Part shown: piece after piece, positions 1 to 12,976 of the stretch
Layout: each line of letters starts with the position of its first letter
Numbering within the stretch: position 1 is the first letter of the stretch
Source: Spongospora subterranea f. sp. subterranea
Taxonomy: Eukaryota
Length of the DNA: 53,899 nt
Direction: 5' to 3'
Assembly: GCA_049724395.1 (NCBI GenBank)
Contig: JAUGWO010000002.1
Span: 62,001-115,899 of the forward strand
The notes under the pieces: model-generated
Seen by the model: the letters and a program-made list of their open reading frames with translations, nothing else
The model's database searches: none
What the model was told of the DNA's origin: nothing
Made by a program: the position numbers and the translations under genes

Positions 1-1459
1 TTCAGGTGTTCAAGTTGGCAAATACGTTCGGATCGAGCTTCGCGCTGTTCCTTGTGAATTCGTCACTGAGTTTTCAGTCTCCAAGCCCATTGTGTTGGGC
101 GGGCTTCTTCCTGGTGAAGGGGCGTTAGCGATGACGCAAGTTAAACTTAAGAAGCACCGTTGGTATAAGAAAATCCTCAAGAACAACGATCCTCTGGTCA
201 TCTCTGCGGGATGGCGACGCTTTCAAACTGTTCCGGTATGCGAATCTGTCCAGCCACGAACATAGTTTTTGTTTTACTCAAATGCCCTACAGATGTTCTC
301 CATCGGTGACGCCAACGACCGTCAACGAATGTTGAAATATACTCCTGAACATCTGCACTGCCAAGCAACGTTCTACGGTCCTGTTTTGCCGATCGGGACT
401 GGAATCATGGCCTTCCAATCTACTGAGAATAAATTCGCCTCGTTTCGTGTGGCGGCAACCGGTAAGGATCCTTACGCCCAAACGATGATGATCAACCTTT
501 CAGCCATTACGTAGGAGTGGTTCAAGAAATTGACAGTTCATTCTCTATTGTAAAGAAGTTGAAACTTGTCGGTCATCCTATTAAGATCGCGAAACATACG
601 GTTTTTGTCAAAGACATGTTTAGTTCATCGCTGGAAGCAGCTCGATTCGAAGGCGCCGCACTTCGAACCGTTTCCGGTATTCGTGGCCAGATCAAAAAGG
701 CGTTATCCGGAAAAAATCAGGACGGAGGTACCAATTCTCAGCTGTATCCGCAATGTTGTGCTGATGGAGGTTGTCAGTTATCCGGGCGACGTTCGAGGAT
801 CTGATATTGAAAAGCGACATCGTGTTTTGTCGTACCTGGACAACGGTTAAACCGACACAGTATTATAATCCACAGACGTCATTGCTTTCTCCAGACTGGA
901 CTTGCATGAGAACGGTTCGTGAGATTCGGCAGGATCAGGTAAATTATACGTGCTCACTAAAATTGGGGTTTATTGGCATTCCTAAATCTGTCATCGATAG
1001 TCGCTTCCAGTACCGTTTAACGCCGACTCCGAATACAAAGAGGTCAAGCGAGTGGACAAGCTATTTTATCCGTTAAAGATCCCCAAGAGCTTAGAGAAGG
1101 AGTTGCCATATGCCTCCAAACCCAAGGTCTTGAAACCGCTGCGGAAACCTCTTCTTGAATCACGACGCCGGTAAGCTTCCGATTTATATTGTGCATTGGC
1201 TCTCGCTGATATCTTCTCCAGCGTTGTCATGGAGCCTGAGCAAAAAGCCATGTACACATTGATGCAACAGGTCAACACGGTCCGAAACCAGAAGCAAAAT
1301 CTGCGTGTCATCTCCAAAACCCGTCGCACTCAAGAAAAGAAGCGCTCCGGGGCCGCTCTCCAGCGTAAATTTGACGATGTCAAAAAAGCCAAGAAGCAGC
1401 GAACCTACGCTAAAGAAGGCGCTCAGAAATTGGCCAGAGAAAACTCGTCCCGTCATTAA
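1..1459 (+). CDS. BMS1: Ribosome biogenesis GTPase BMS1, 3' part (multi-exon, 5' end outside window)
   Basis: Spliced translation gives [74 protein letters not shown] and [19 protein letters not shown], typical of the BMS1 C-terminal domain. Short GT-AG introns are present (e.g. 236-292); stop at 1457-1459. Confidence 0.95.
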
Positions 1460-1686
1460 ACTTTATTATTGTCATATTTCTGAGTCAGAGGCCCCACCCA
1501 TGTTTTTAGTGGGCACGGGTCGTAACGAATATTTTGCGCCAGTGTGCTCGACTGGAGAGACCGGTTGAAGTTGGCTGAAAACAGCCGAAGACCTTGCCGG
1601 ATTGCTGTCGATTGATACACTTCAGCCCCAACTAATTTCGACCTGACAGTCTCCGATCGGAGACGACCGCGGTGCTCGACCTCGTT

Positions 1687-4600
1687 ATGCTGCCGGTCGA
1701 CGAAATCACCCACTTAATCCAGCACGATGTGAACTGTTTATCTCAAGGTGGTGCCGATAAGATGCAACGCCGTCAGGCGATTCTTCGGCTTCGTTCGAAG
1801 TTGACCGAACTGCGCGTTGTTCCGCGGTCGAACAACGACGATGGCGAGGCTCGCGATACGCTCATCACAAATGTTCTTCTGGATCCCCTTACAAGTGGTT
1901 TACAAGATCAAAGCGAATCGTGTCGAAGTTCCTCATTAGCTTTGCTGAAAGAGTAATTCATTCCGTTTGAACCCAATTCCGTGTTCACCCATTTTGGCCA
2001 TTTCGTTGTCCAGGCTAATTCCGGCGGATTGTCAAGCAATTGCCAAATTATTTTCCAAGCTGGTTCTGCTGTGCCATGAGAGATTAACGTCGTCGACTGG
2101 AGGCGAACCATCCGAAGAGTTGAGGCTATCATTGATACAATTATTATCGGATGTTGTCACAAGTGCCGACCTATCTGTACAAATCAAATCTCATGAGGAA
2201 GTTCTGCTGAAATTGATCGGGCGAGTCTTGTTGGATCAATACCCTGACCTAAAATCCGGCATTTGCGCTTTTATTCAACAACTGGCGACTTCGTCGGCCC
2301 ATCTTGATTTCAAGACCGTTGTTCCATCTGTTCTAATCAATCTGAAGCATCAACGACATAAAGTCAGGTTCGACAGTCTTGTCGCCATTGGTGCCATAAT
2401 TCAGGTAAAGCTAGCGTTGGCAAACTGTGTCGTTCGTCTGTTGAATTGGATCATAGTCGTGCAATGGTGAATCTGGTTCCCGAACATTGCCCAACTGGGT
2501 TGTTGAAGATGTATTCCCGGCGTTGATGCCCATCACTGTTGATCGCTCACAAGGTGTTCGAAATGCAGTATTCGATCATGTACCGTTGTTTCGTTGATCT
2601 TAAATCCGTTTCGGTTGAAACTCTGTTTTTTTTTTCAGGTTTTCACCATTTTATCCACATTTTGTATTGCGAAGGGCCCAACTCTGTGGTCGCTGTTGAT
2701 GATGATCTTGGCCGGGATGTCGGATCCTTCTGCTGAAACCTCCAGTCATTGCCTTGCCAGATTCGCTGAGTTCACCCCTTGCTTCGTTGGTCAGAGTGCG
2801 TATTCAGCCTACATATGATTCTGATTTGTTTCTTCTTTATTACAGCGGCTTCGTCAAACTCGAATCAACAAAGTAAGAACATGCAACGATTATGCTCTAC
2901 TTTGATCCTAAAACTGCATGTTGGGAATAGGCGGCCCTGAGTTATTATGTGATAATCTGGAGGGACTACTTTCTAGCCAGGTCCATACGCAATTCTGTTG
3001 TGTTTTTCTCAAAATTCTTCATTTTATACTCATGGTTCGTATAGTTATTGCCGATGTTAACCGCCTGGACATCATCGATGCGGCTTCAAGCCTCCAGAAT
3101 TCTGCAAACTGTCATTGTTCAGTCGTCATCTGAGATTACCTCGTTTGTTGATAAGGTAATGCCTCTTTTCGTCTCCAGTTTCGTCTTTGTCCAAACGAAT
3201 ACTAGGTTATTCGATGTCTGATTTGCGCTGCCAACGATGACGATCCTGCCAATATTCAAAGTTTAGGAGAATGTGCATATCTGCTTGGATCACATGCTCA
3301 ACCAGATCCTTTGTTCCAGGTTCTGTATTCTGGTAAGATTGTTTCATCACGCCGCTATCGCACGTTGCTCAACGTTCACATTAGAACTGTCCCAAGCGGT
3401 GTCCCAATGTCTCAAGCATCAATGCAGTCAAACGGTAATGCTGATTCGCCACGTCCTTCGAGGGATTGCTGAAAAACAACGCGACTTCGATCATCGTTTC
3501 TTGTCCAAACTTCTCTCATTGGCAGCAGATTTTGCGGCAAACGAGATGCAGCTTGAAAGCCCTTATTTATCGTTTTTAGAAACATGCTTAACCTCTATAC
3601 CGCTCGCTTGCGTTCAAACGCAGCTCGATTTTTTCCTTGCCCTTTTGCAAGTGTGGACCGTTGGTGAGTCGATTTTTGCTGAGAACGTCGCGAATCACTT
3701 GGCCCGAATTTCTGGTCTTTCTTCAACGTCGGAGCTGTTCAGTCGCCATTTTTCTGCTGGCCTTCAGCAAATCAACGGGGAGATCAACAAGTAATGTCGT
3801 TCAGGAAACTGACGAACGTCTGTGCTAAACGCAATTCCTACCCAGAAACCTTTCCGATTCAAGTCTTCGTAATTTGTCGTGTCTGGTATTCCATGCGGCT
3901 CCTTACTTAACGGCTGACCATATTCGTGAACTTATTCCATTACTGTCCACGATTGTCCATGCCACCTCTGAAGACGACGAATCCCAATCTGGTATTCCGC
4001 TTTAGTCAGATCATCATTTCGCTGTTTTTAGATTCTTCCTTAGAATCAAATGCAAAACACAGAATCATAGTTATGGATTGTATAAAACGGGTGATCCAGT
4101 CAACACCCAACATTGAGCTTTTCCTTGGTATTTCACGATATCCACATGGTCTTGTCTGCCCATCTGACTTCAACCAATTTAGACAGTGTAATTGCCGTCT
4201 TGGTATCGCCCAACATTGTTTGGCGCCCTGGACGTAATGCGGCTATGTTGAGAATCAGGGCGATTGGATGCCTGCTGGCTTCCACTGACCGCTCGAATCT
4301 CATTGAATCGTGCTCTTCTACTACGATCAACGGTTTCTTTCCCCAACTGGTCTCCAGTCTTGACGATTACGAGCTGGATATCAGGTCGGTTCAAGCCCAG
4401 TTTCGTATAATTGTTGTTTTACTCATCGACATCAGGCTTCTATGCTCACGCCTAATTCGGTCGTTTCTTCAAAACCAAAATTTGCACTTTACTCTGCCGC
4501 CGAATTTACCCAGCGATTTACTCGCGAGGCTCGACGATAACAATGATCAAGTTCGTGTTGATACATGTAAATCGTTGGCGGCTTTGTTCTCGTGTGATCA

Positions 4601-4873
4601 ATTTGTCAAGGTGCATATATATTTTTGATCGCATATCTTTATACTGACCTATTGCAGGATTCAGCCACATTCACAAGCGTTTGCTCAACGGCCTTTATAC
4701 ACCTGGACGATCCGAATCGAGAAATTCAAGTTGCAGTTTATTCCCTGCTGAAACACTTGCAGAGTGTCGATCAGTACGCCGTATTTAGGGATGAAATCGA
4801 TCGGTTCCGCAAGCGGGCCGCACCTTCGTGTACATATTTTAATGATTTACTGGATGATCCTCGCCAAACTTAA
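1687..4873 (+). CDS. DNAAF5: Dynein axonemal assembly factor 5 (HEATR2), HEAT-repeat protein, multi-exon
   Basis: Motifs EPSEELRL, LKHQRHKVR, SPNIVWRPGRNAAMLRIRAIGCL, LLARLDDNNDQVR and FIHLDDPNREIQVAV match the DNAAF5/HEATR2 family. The start ATG is inferred. Confidence 0.85.
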
Positions 4874-4879
4874 TCTATT

Positions 4880-7665
4880 ATTAAATGTATTGAATAAATA
4901 ACGGCCAGTTTTCTTTATGGTCATGGAGCTGATGTTTTGCATATTTGACAGTCGATCGAGTTCTTGTTCGACGTTAACCAAGACTCCTAAGGCAGAAGGT
5001 CAATGTAGTTGAAGAAATTTAATCCACAACCCATTACGTCGATAGTCTCTTTCAGTGCCCTTTCCTGATTCCTAGACTCAGCGCTTCGAATGGCATTTTT
5101 CCATGGGGCAGATTTGACGAGTTCACCCTTAGTCCTTGGCCAATGCCGTGTTTGGTGGTAAACCCATAATGAGCCGAAGCAAGATTCTAAAGCCGGTAGC
5201 GCATTGGTTGGCAAGGGTAATCGCTGGTCTCGTATCAAACTGTGAAACAACCATCAGCATGATAGCGAAAGGCCAATCATTAATCTGAAACCTTAGGATG
5301 ATTTCGCATTGCCTTGCATTTTTGCGCCGGGCAAAAATATGAAGTAAAGCCGACCAAGAGTCCAGGTTTGGTAATATTTTGGCATAACAGCGCATGCGTT
5401 CAAACACATCCTGACACCTGCAACGAGTGGCTGAGTTGATAAATAAATCAGAACGAAAACAGTTTGGGCATCATACCGTGCCAGGTCGTTGGATCGCGAG
5501 TACAAGATGAGAAGCGAATTCCATGCATGCAATGAAGGAGTGACACCCAATCGGACCATGCTGTTGCTGACTTGTACGACCGACGAGATACTGCGATCTG
5601 CTGCAGATAATCGAAGCAGAACGGCTCTAGAACCCAAGTAGATCCTATGCGTTTCTTCTTCGATGCGCCGAAGGCGATCTAGGGCGGATAGTGGTCCAGC
5701 TCGCCTATATATTGACGCAACCATCTCCGATACAGCGAATCCTGTGGGACTCATCGACATTGTCCTAAGACATTTTATCTCATTCACATCTAGATCATGA
5801 ATTGTCGGTCGGTACCGCAGCTGTTGATAGGCTCCCTCCTGGGCGTGTGTTGCTCCCAAACGGCTAGCGACAACCATGACAGAATCGAGGAGCGCAGGCC
5901 ACTGCGCTTCAGAAGATCTCATTTTCACAACACCTTGACACAGCAGTTTTACATGCAGATCGTCGCCGAGTACAGGATTCGAGATCTGCCAAGGAAATTC
6001 AATATTGAGGACAAAAAAAACAAAGTAGTTACCACCTTTAATGAATTAACCGTTTCCGAAAGGGCCAGCATAACAAATACATCTGGCTCAACGCCCTAAA
6101 CGGTTGAGAATTGGTGAGATTGTGCAACAATTAGCATCATGACCTACGGACCAGAGATATCAATCTGGACCAAACTCGGGATACTTCATCTGAGGTTCGG
6201 CAAAGATACAAAAGACGCGAGTAAAGAAATCCATCTGGTGCTTTAACTCGTCCAACTAAAGATTCACACGTGTTCAACTTGTAAATACGAGCTCCGATCA
6301 GCGCTGTCAGGGCGATTGCATCTAGCGGAACTGACTTTGGCCAAAACGCAAAAAATTTGCAGACAAATTGCTATAAATCATCAGCACACATTCGACGCTC
6401 AATTCATATATTGGTCACCTTCTGATTGAATTTGCTCGCGCGGGCCATAAGCGTCGTTATGATGTGCGTTGTCGGTTTCCCATATGACAACATAGCTAGG
6501 GCAGTTTGAAACTGCTGAGCAGATCCTAATCGAGTGACGATGACTGAAAAATCGTGATGATCCAATGTAAATTTCTCCAGGAAAATGGGCATTTGCACAG
6601 TGATGCAATCGAATTGGCGCAGGTCAATTAGGCGCTTGAACAGCACTCCAACGGTGAAAGCTGAAGGTTGAATAAACTGGATGAACAATTGTTATATATT
6701 TGGTGTGTGTGAAGAAAAACATGCTGCAACTTACCATATTGAACGTTTGAAATGGATCGTCGCTAACGAGGAGCAACGCATGCGCCGCAGAGCCGTACAC
6801 ACTTTTTTTTTCGACTTTCTGCCGGCAATATTTGAATATCAATGATTCAACCAATTTGCGTCGCGACGGAAATTCAGGACTGAAAAATATATCGTTGATA
6901 AACGCTATATGAGACCAACAAACCCATACGTTGTTCTGGCTAAATATGTAGTTAGCTTTGTTGCTGTACCGATATCCACTGGCAAAGCCAAGTTGTTCAC
7001 ACACGTAAGCAGCATTTGGCAACGTGAGCCTTCTCCAATGGAACCATACAGCAGGATTAACCTGGCGAAGTCACTGGCTTTTGGTTGAGGCATTGTACTG
7101 TGCATCTTCCAAACAGTTTGAAGGTCTCTCGCGGCACAATACGCGTCCATATAGAGGAAATAACTGGCAAAGGATGGATCACCACGACAATGACGAGGTA
7201 TTGACCCGAAAACAACGTTAATTTGCTCTAAAGAGGCGGATTTGTCAAAACCTGTGGACCAATTCGTTCAACCACGACAGCGCATAAGGCGTAAAAGGAC
7301 AGATTACCGAGACGCTTAGCATGTCGGACTTGATGAGCTAACAAAGACAGGTGGATCTCGTAGACTATAGCCTGATTCTTCATGTTGTACGGCATCGACT
7401 TCAACGCTCTCTCGAACGACTGTGATGTATGAGCAGCGCATTGCAATAAAATGCGGGTCCAATCTTTCAAAGTTTCTCTGAAGCTGATGCTCCTTCTATC
7501 ATTTAGGGCCGCAAGTTTCGCATCAAGTTTATCCCCTTCAAAGGGGTGTATTCGGCGCCTCTTTCGTCTAATGCTTAACAGACGGTCCATATTGTACAGC
7601 GAGAACCATCGCTTTGCAGTACTTGTCCTGCACCAGATCAATGACTGCAGCATAATCACGAACAA
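4880..7665 (-). CDS. Pentatricopeptide-repeat (PPR) protein, probably mitochondrial, multi-exon
   Basis: PPR-like motifs GVTPSLHAWNSLLILYSRSNDL, MFERMR..ILPNLDSWSALLHIFARR and MDAYCAARDLQTVWKMHSTM. The N-terminus is basic and presequence-like. The 3' end is approximate. Confidence 0.7.
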
Positions 7666-8135
7666 ATCATATTATTCGGCCAAATGAGTTTCAATATTAC
7701 TCCCAGGAAAATTACCACTGCCCGCATGGGAAACGGGTTGCATCATCCCGAAAGAGGCCAAACCCTTGACGGCAAGGCGGCAACTGTAGCCACAGTGTAA
7801 CATGTTTCCCACGGCCTGCCCGCGGCATTGATTGTTTGACAAAATCGGGATTCTCCTGTTGACAGCTTCGAGAAGATTGGTAGAAAAAAACTAACATAGG
7901 GAATATATTTTATTGAACCAAAACTGATGCGGCCGTAAACTTGCTTTCGGAACCAGGAGACTCATATCCAAGGGTTTCCTGCTGGGAAGGTTTCGACATT
8001 TTCAGTTCCATAATGCAGGAAGCCCGAATACGGGAAAAAGTATCTTCGCTAGCATTCTTCGGAGGCGGAAACACGTGACTCATCTTTCCGATGGGTATAT
8101 ATCAATCCAACAGGTGATTGCCTCATAACCAAAAA

Positions 8136-8669
8136 ATGTCGTTCAACGCGCCTGCATTGAGCCCATTGTGCATCATTTTGCTGTTTGTCATTGTTCAAGC
8201 CAATAATCCGGCCAAACCCAGTAATCTGACCTCTGACTTATCCCAATCGGGTACGTTATCTCAATCCAGTCATCTGACCGGATCCAATTTTGGCTTATCC
8301 CCATCGGGTAAGTTATCCAAATCCGAGTCTCTTAGGCTAGCGCTCGGGGCCGAGATCTATGCCTCAATCATTCCTGGTAATCACTCAGTCGCCGCTGCGT
8401 ACTGTCGCTCAAACCAGGTCGAACTTGTGTCGCCATTGACGCTCCAGCACATACAGCAGCAAAACCCCAACATGGTTCCTGAACTACTTCGATGCTATCC
8501 CGAGCTGAAGTGGCAATCCTCGGTCTGGATCCTCGGGCCAAATCACGATGCCGACCCCAAAAACTGTATAGTTGCCGATCTTGCCTCGGTACCGATCATG
8601 TTCATGTCTAAACCTTGTGATGGCACACCCACCTATGGATTATGTTTCGGCGGACCAGTTCCGAGATGA
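8136..8669 (+). CDS. Small secreted protein with a C-type-lectin-like domain (effector candidate), intronless
   Basis: Hydrophobic signal peptide (LCIILLFVIVQA) and a Ser-rich linker, followed by AAAYCRS..LVS, VWILG, NCIV and PC..TYGLC, which resemble the CTLD Cys/Trp spacing. Confidence 0.6.
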   Translation: MSFNAPALSPLCIILLFVIVQANNPAKPSNLTSDLSQSGTLSQSSHLTGSNFGLSPSGKLSKSESLRLALGAEIYASIIPGNHSVAAAYCRSNQVELVSPLTLQHIQQQNPNMVPELLRCYPELKWQSSVWILGPNHDADPKNCIVADLASVPIMFMSKPCDGTPTYGLCFGGPVPR

Positions 8670-9138
8670 TTCTGAAGAGATTTCATGAACCCACTGTATC
8701 TGTCACGAAATAAAACCTCGTTTCTCGGAGAAGCGGCCTTGCCCAAGTTGCGTCTGAGAAAATGAACGGTTGCATTTGTCAGCTGTACTGTAGGTTCCTG
8801 ACGCATCAAATTAATACGCACCAACTTTTTGTAAAGCTCTGGTTAGTATTGCGATCCGCCACAATCATTGTTAGTCCGACCGATTATTTATCGGCAGGTT
8901 CATGTTCATCTGAATTAGTCGTAAAGTCAAAGGTGAGTCACGTTGAACGAGTTGCAGTTTTTTCATGATTCATGAGTTAATCCATGATCGGTGCAATCTG
9001 TCTTTAGTAGTGAATAGCGTCCGTTGAACAAACGTATTTATTTGAAGTGATTATTGAAGTCCATGAGTAATTTCCTCATCGTATTCCTTATGTGTTGATA
9101 TGATATTGTTGTGATTAGGTTTATCTAGCGAATCGTCG

Positions 9139-9339
9139 ATGGCGTTGAAAGGGCAATTAGCATCGTCAATCAAGGTTATGGAACACTTGCTGAAGCAAAA
9201 GATGAACGCTGCTGCAGAGCAAATGAATCAAGGATATAACAACACAGCGCCACTCATGAAAGAGATCGAGGCTGTTCAGGCCATGTTAGATCGACAGACC
9301 AAACAACTAGCGAAGCTGACGTTAGGCGCTAATAAATAA
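9139..9339 (+). CDS. Small 66-aa coiled-coil hypothetical protein
   Basis: Clean ATG-TAA ORF with helical heptad character, convergent with the anoctamin gene. No family recognised. Confidence 0.4.
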   Translation: MALKGQLASSIKVMEHLLKQKMNAAAEQMNQGYNNTAPLMKEIEAVQAMLDRQTKQLAKLTLGANK

Positions 9340-9397
9340 CGTCGGTTGTATCCCAAATACTTCTGCATGATCGAATTTGGCCACAGCCTTTATCTGT

Positions 9398-12300
9398 TTA
9401 TTTCCTCGTCTCAACATAATGTCCTTCTGTCTTCTTGTAGTTTTTCATGAATTGATATCTTCGTCGCTGGGTGTCGAACGACCTCCAGGCAATCCATTTC
9501 GGCTCTCGAGAAATCAATGACATGGTTAGAGCTTGAAGGATCAACACAAGGTGCTCAAGTAACAACGCGACCATTATCCTATACGATATTGATACGCAAT
9601 CGTGATTCGGCCCATAATTAGCGGAACGCTCGCACCCTTGAACGAATGCTTCCAGATGACCCGTACTGAAACAGACCATCCCAACACTGATAATGCCTCC
9701 CAAAACCATGGCGACTAATAAATACTTTTCCCATGATCCTATAAACAATTGCCATTAGATAATCGATTGAATTCAATAGCTTTCGTACCAGCATTGCGAG
9801 CCCTTCTAGGCTGTGACCTCTGATAAACAAACGCCATTTTCAATACATCGCAATGGAGTTCGCATAAGGCATGGACACAAGCGATTACGCTGATGATTGG
9901 AGATACGACGGAAAACGATGCGATAATCCCTAGATATACGACAATGTCGTCATAGTCCTTATAGCTTGCCCGCTGAGTTAGATTCATAGATTCAACAAGA
10001 TCCCTAAATGACTGTTGAATGTCTGGACAATGGATGCCGACCTGATTTTAGTTTAGTCAGTAACGCTTTCCAGAAAATTCGTGCTTTTTCATACGGGCAT
10101 ATCAAGGTTAAATCTAAGCTGTGCAGAAAACGAATGAGCTTTTAAGCGTTGGTTTTGATCGATAACTTGGAGCTCTATTGGTTCTTTTGATTTCTCAACA
10201 ATGCGACGATGCTTCCGAAGCAAGTGGACCGAGGGCAGCATCTGATTCAGTCAGTATGAAAATGTTGGACAAAACATTCATACAAATGTTACCGTCAGGA
10301 TAACGAAGTTAATGCCTAGATACGCATAGATTGGGACAACTAGAGTGCTGTTAAGGTCAAACGCCCGCCGATCAAACTTAAATACCAATAACGAAGACGC
10401 GTTGGCTTCCAAAAATGCATGCAAATCTTCACCGAATGCCACGAAGGCGAAGGATACTGACATGAACCAAGGATATAAGCTGGTCCATTGCATCCAGAAA
10501 GTTTTCTCGATCAACGACTCGCTAAGCCTGAATTCCAGCCTATGATTTTCCATTTTGGCGAACCATGACGCAATGGATTTGGCTTTCACCTGAATATTTG
10601 TCAGCGGTTATCTCACAATTCAAGCCTCGTGAAATCACCTGGAAGAAGCTCATCAGAGCACCCATTGATACGGATATAATGATAGACAGTACCCATCTTG
10701 TTGCTGATGATAAGCATACATATGAAGTCGTTGTGTTGCATGCTTCATAAGAGTTTAGGTACACATGACAGCTGATGAACACTGACGTGCCCACCATCAT
10801 CACTATCAACTATACGCCAGAGTCAATAAGCTGTTATTTCCAACTTTTCAGATACAGAGACCTGGCTAATAAAAAAAACAACATAGAATGGAAAGACACG
10901 ATACTTTCCGTTTGTGTCGTCTTCGCCATTTTCAATCAAATCTGACGTCAACTTTGATGTCGCTCCAGAATATTCCTTGTTAAGATACGCCCGTTCGTTA
11001 GTAGTGCTTGTATTCCAAATAACTGAAAGTTCAGCACATTTCCTTTGCCACATACGTATATAACTACATGTTCAATTATTTCCGGATAACCATGGCCAAA
11101 AGAGATTTTACCTACATTGGAATCCAGATGGACGGTACAAGTAATCCATAGGCAGCAATCGTTCTAGAGTATGTGCGATCATCAATGCCGTTGACTGCAT
11201 AGGCTAAGGCAACACTTAGACCTATTACTGCAGGAATAACTATCCATCTTAGAAAATGAACTGCAAATGCGTATTGCATAGCGACAGTTTCTCCAGAATG
11301 CCGGCGAAGCTCAAAAATAAAGAAGTCATACCCAACGCGGTAAGAAGCATCGTCTGTCAACTCAACTGGTTGCCCACTCTTTGGTGAGATATCAATTTTT
11401 GGACCATTAAAGTATTCATTCTGCATGTACAATGGATATGCAGTCTTATTGGCAATTGGAACATCTTACGATTTGAAACAGATTTCGACGCCAAAACAGT
11501 AGCTGACGAAGATGCACTTGAATAAATCGTGTTTGAAACCTCATACACTGTAGAGGAATGATGGCTTCAACATCGTCGTATCCCGCTTGGATGCCAGACC
11601 GCTCAATAATCAAAGACCTACGACACGAGACCGTACGATATTAGAACACATTTACATCATGAGTTACGGAAGCCGATGGAAACAAACTTGTACCGGCATC
11701 AATAGAACCAACAATGACGTCAATATCACGGTGAGGTGTCCGTTAACGTAACAGCCACACTTATCATGTTTCCCAAACAAGTATTAAAATCTGTTGGTAT
11801 CATAGGCTCTACGTATGCCTTTCCCATAGTGTTACATTTCTGACTAGCATGTCGTGTTTGGACTGGGGTAACGTATACCATGTGGTGAAACATGTGTATC
11901 ATAAATTCTACAATATGGGAATGAGATATAAATTACCCGCATTGCACTATTTCCGCATAAGTTAGATGATCGTGATCGGTTCTTTGATCAGGTGCACCCT
12001 GACATCCAGAGTTCATCCATCGCTCCAGTTGGAGTGTACGTGACATCTCCCCCAATGCTGCTGAATCGACGCGAACCACCACTATTACAAAGTGACCATC
12101 GTCAGGGTCGTTGCCGTCATGGGTATATAGGAGATCAAATGAAGGGCCGGCTTCACAGAGTTTCTTCAACACATTGATCAATGACGGCTTCGGATCAAGT
12201 GACATATCTCCCCTGAAAATTATTGCAAACTTTTTGTTTAGCAAGTCAGTTTCTGCCAAGAGACCTGCAAGGTTGAGACCTCCACCTGATATGGATTTGA

Positions 12301-12575
12301 TTCCGACACCATTAAGGACGCATATTTTCGAGCAGCAGAAATTTCGCTTTTGTTGATGAAATCAGCCAGTTGAATGAGCCTTATCATCACATAGACTCTA
12401 TAAGTTCTTGAAATTTGATTGAGACAGTGGTATTTTTACTTTGTCGACGATTTTGATGCAACTTCTTTGGTTGTTGAGGCAACCATTCCGAATCTAGATT
12501 TGGGAGAGAACGCAACCGATTTAGTGAGCGACGGTACAACGTCTCTGTTTTCTGAATTGTCCAACGTCGAATCAT
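9398..12575 (-). CDS. Anoctamin/TMEM16 family membrane protein, multi-exon
   Basis: LRRHSGETVAMQYAF, MWQRKCAELSVIW, KMENHR and DYDDIVVYLG..FSVVSP..CELHCDVLKM..QRSQPRRARN(IGSW) match anoctamin motifs. Several TM segments are present. Confidence 0.85.
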
Positions 12576-12976
12576 ATTCCGTCGGCATTAGTTAATGAAA
12601 GATCACATATGGTACTGCAGTAGTAATGCCAAAAATGAGGATCGGCAATGTTGTTCTTTACCACTAACCATTGCAAATTACGGTGAAGGTCCAAGGCAAG
12701 ATACGTTGAAAAAGAAATTCGCTAAAGGTCATTTGATGTAGAACTGATCATGACGATCAATCTTCAAGACGTCATCTTCCGGTCATGATGATCTTTTGGC
12801 TTGTTGATTATCCGTGCCTCATTCCGATCCTTAGGCCTTTGGTTGACACTCAGACGTGATCGTGCGGCGTAATCCCTGTTAGAAGACGAGGGTCATCTGG
12901 CCCTCTTCTGCAGGCCGTACCAATTCCTTCATTTAGTTGTTCCTCTATAATCCAAACCATTAACACCCCTGATAAC

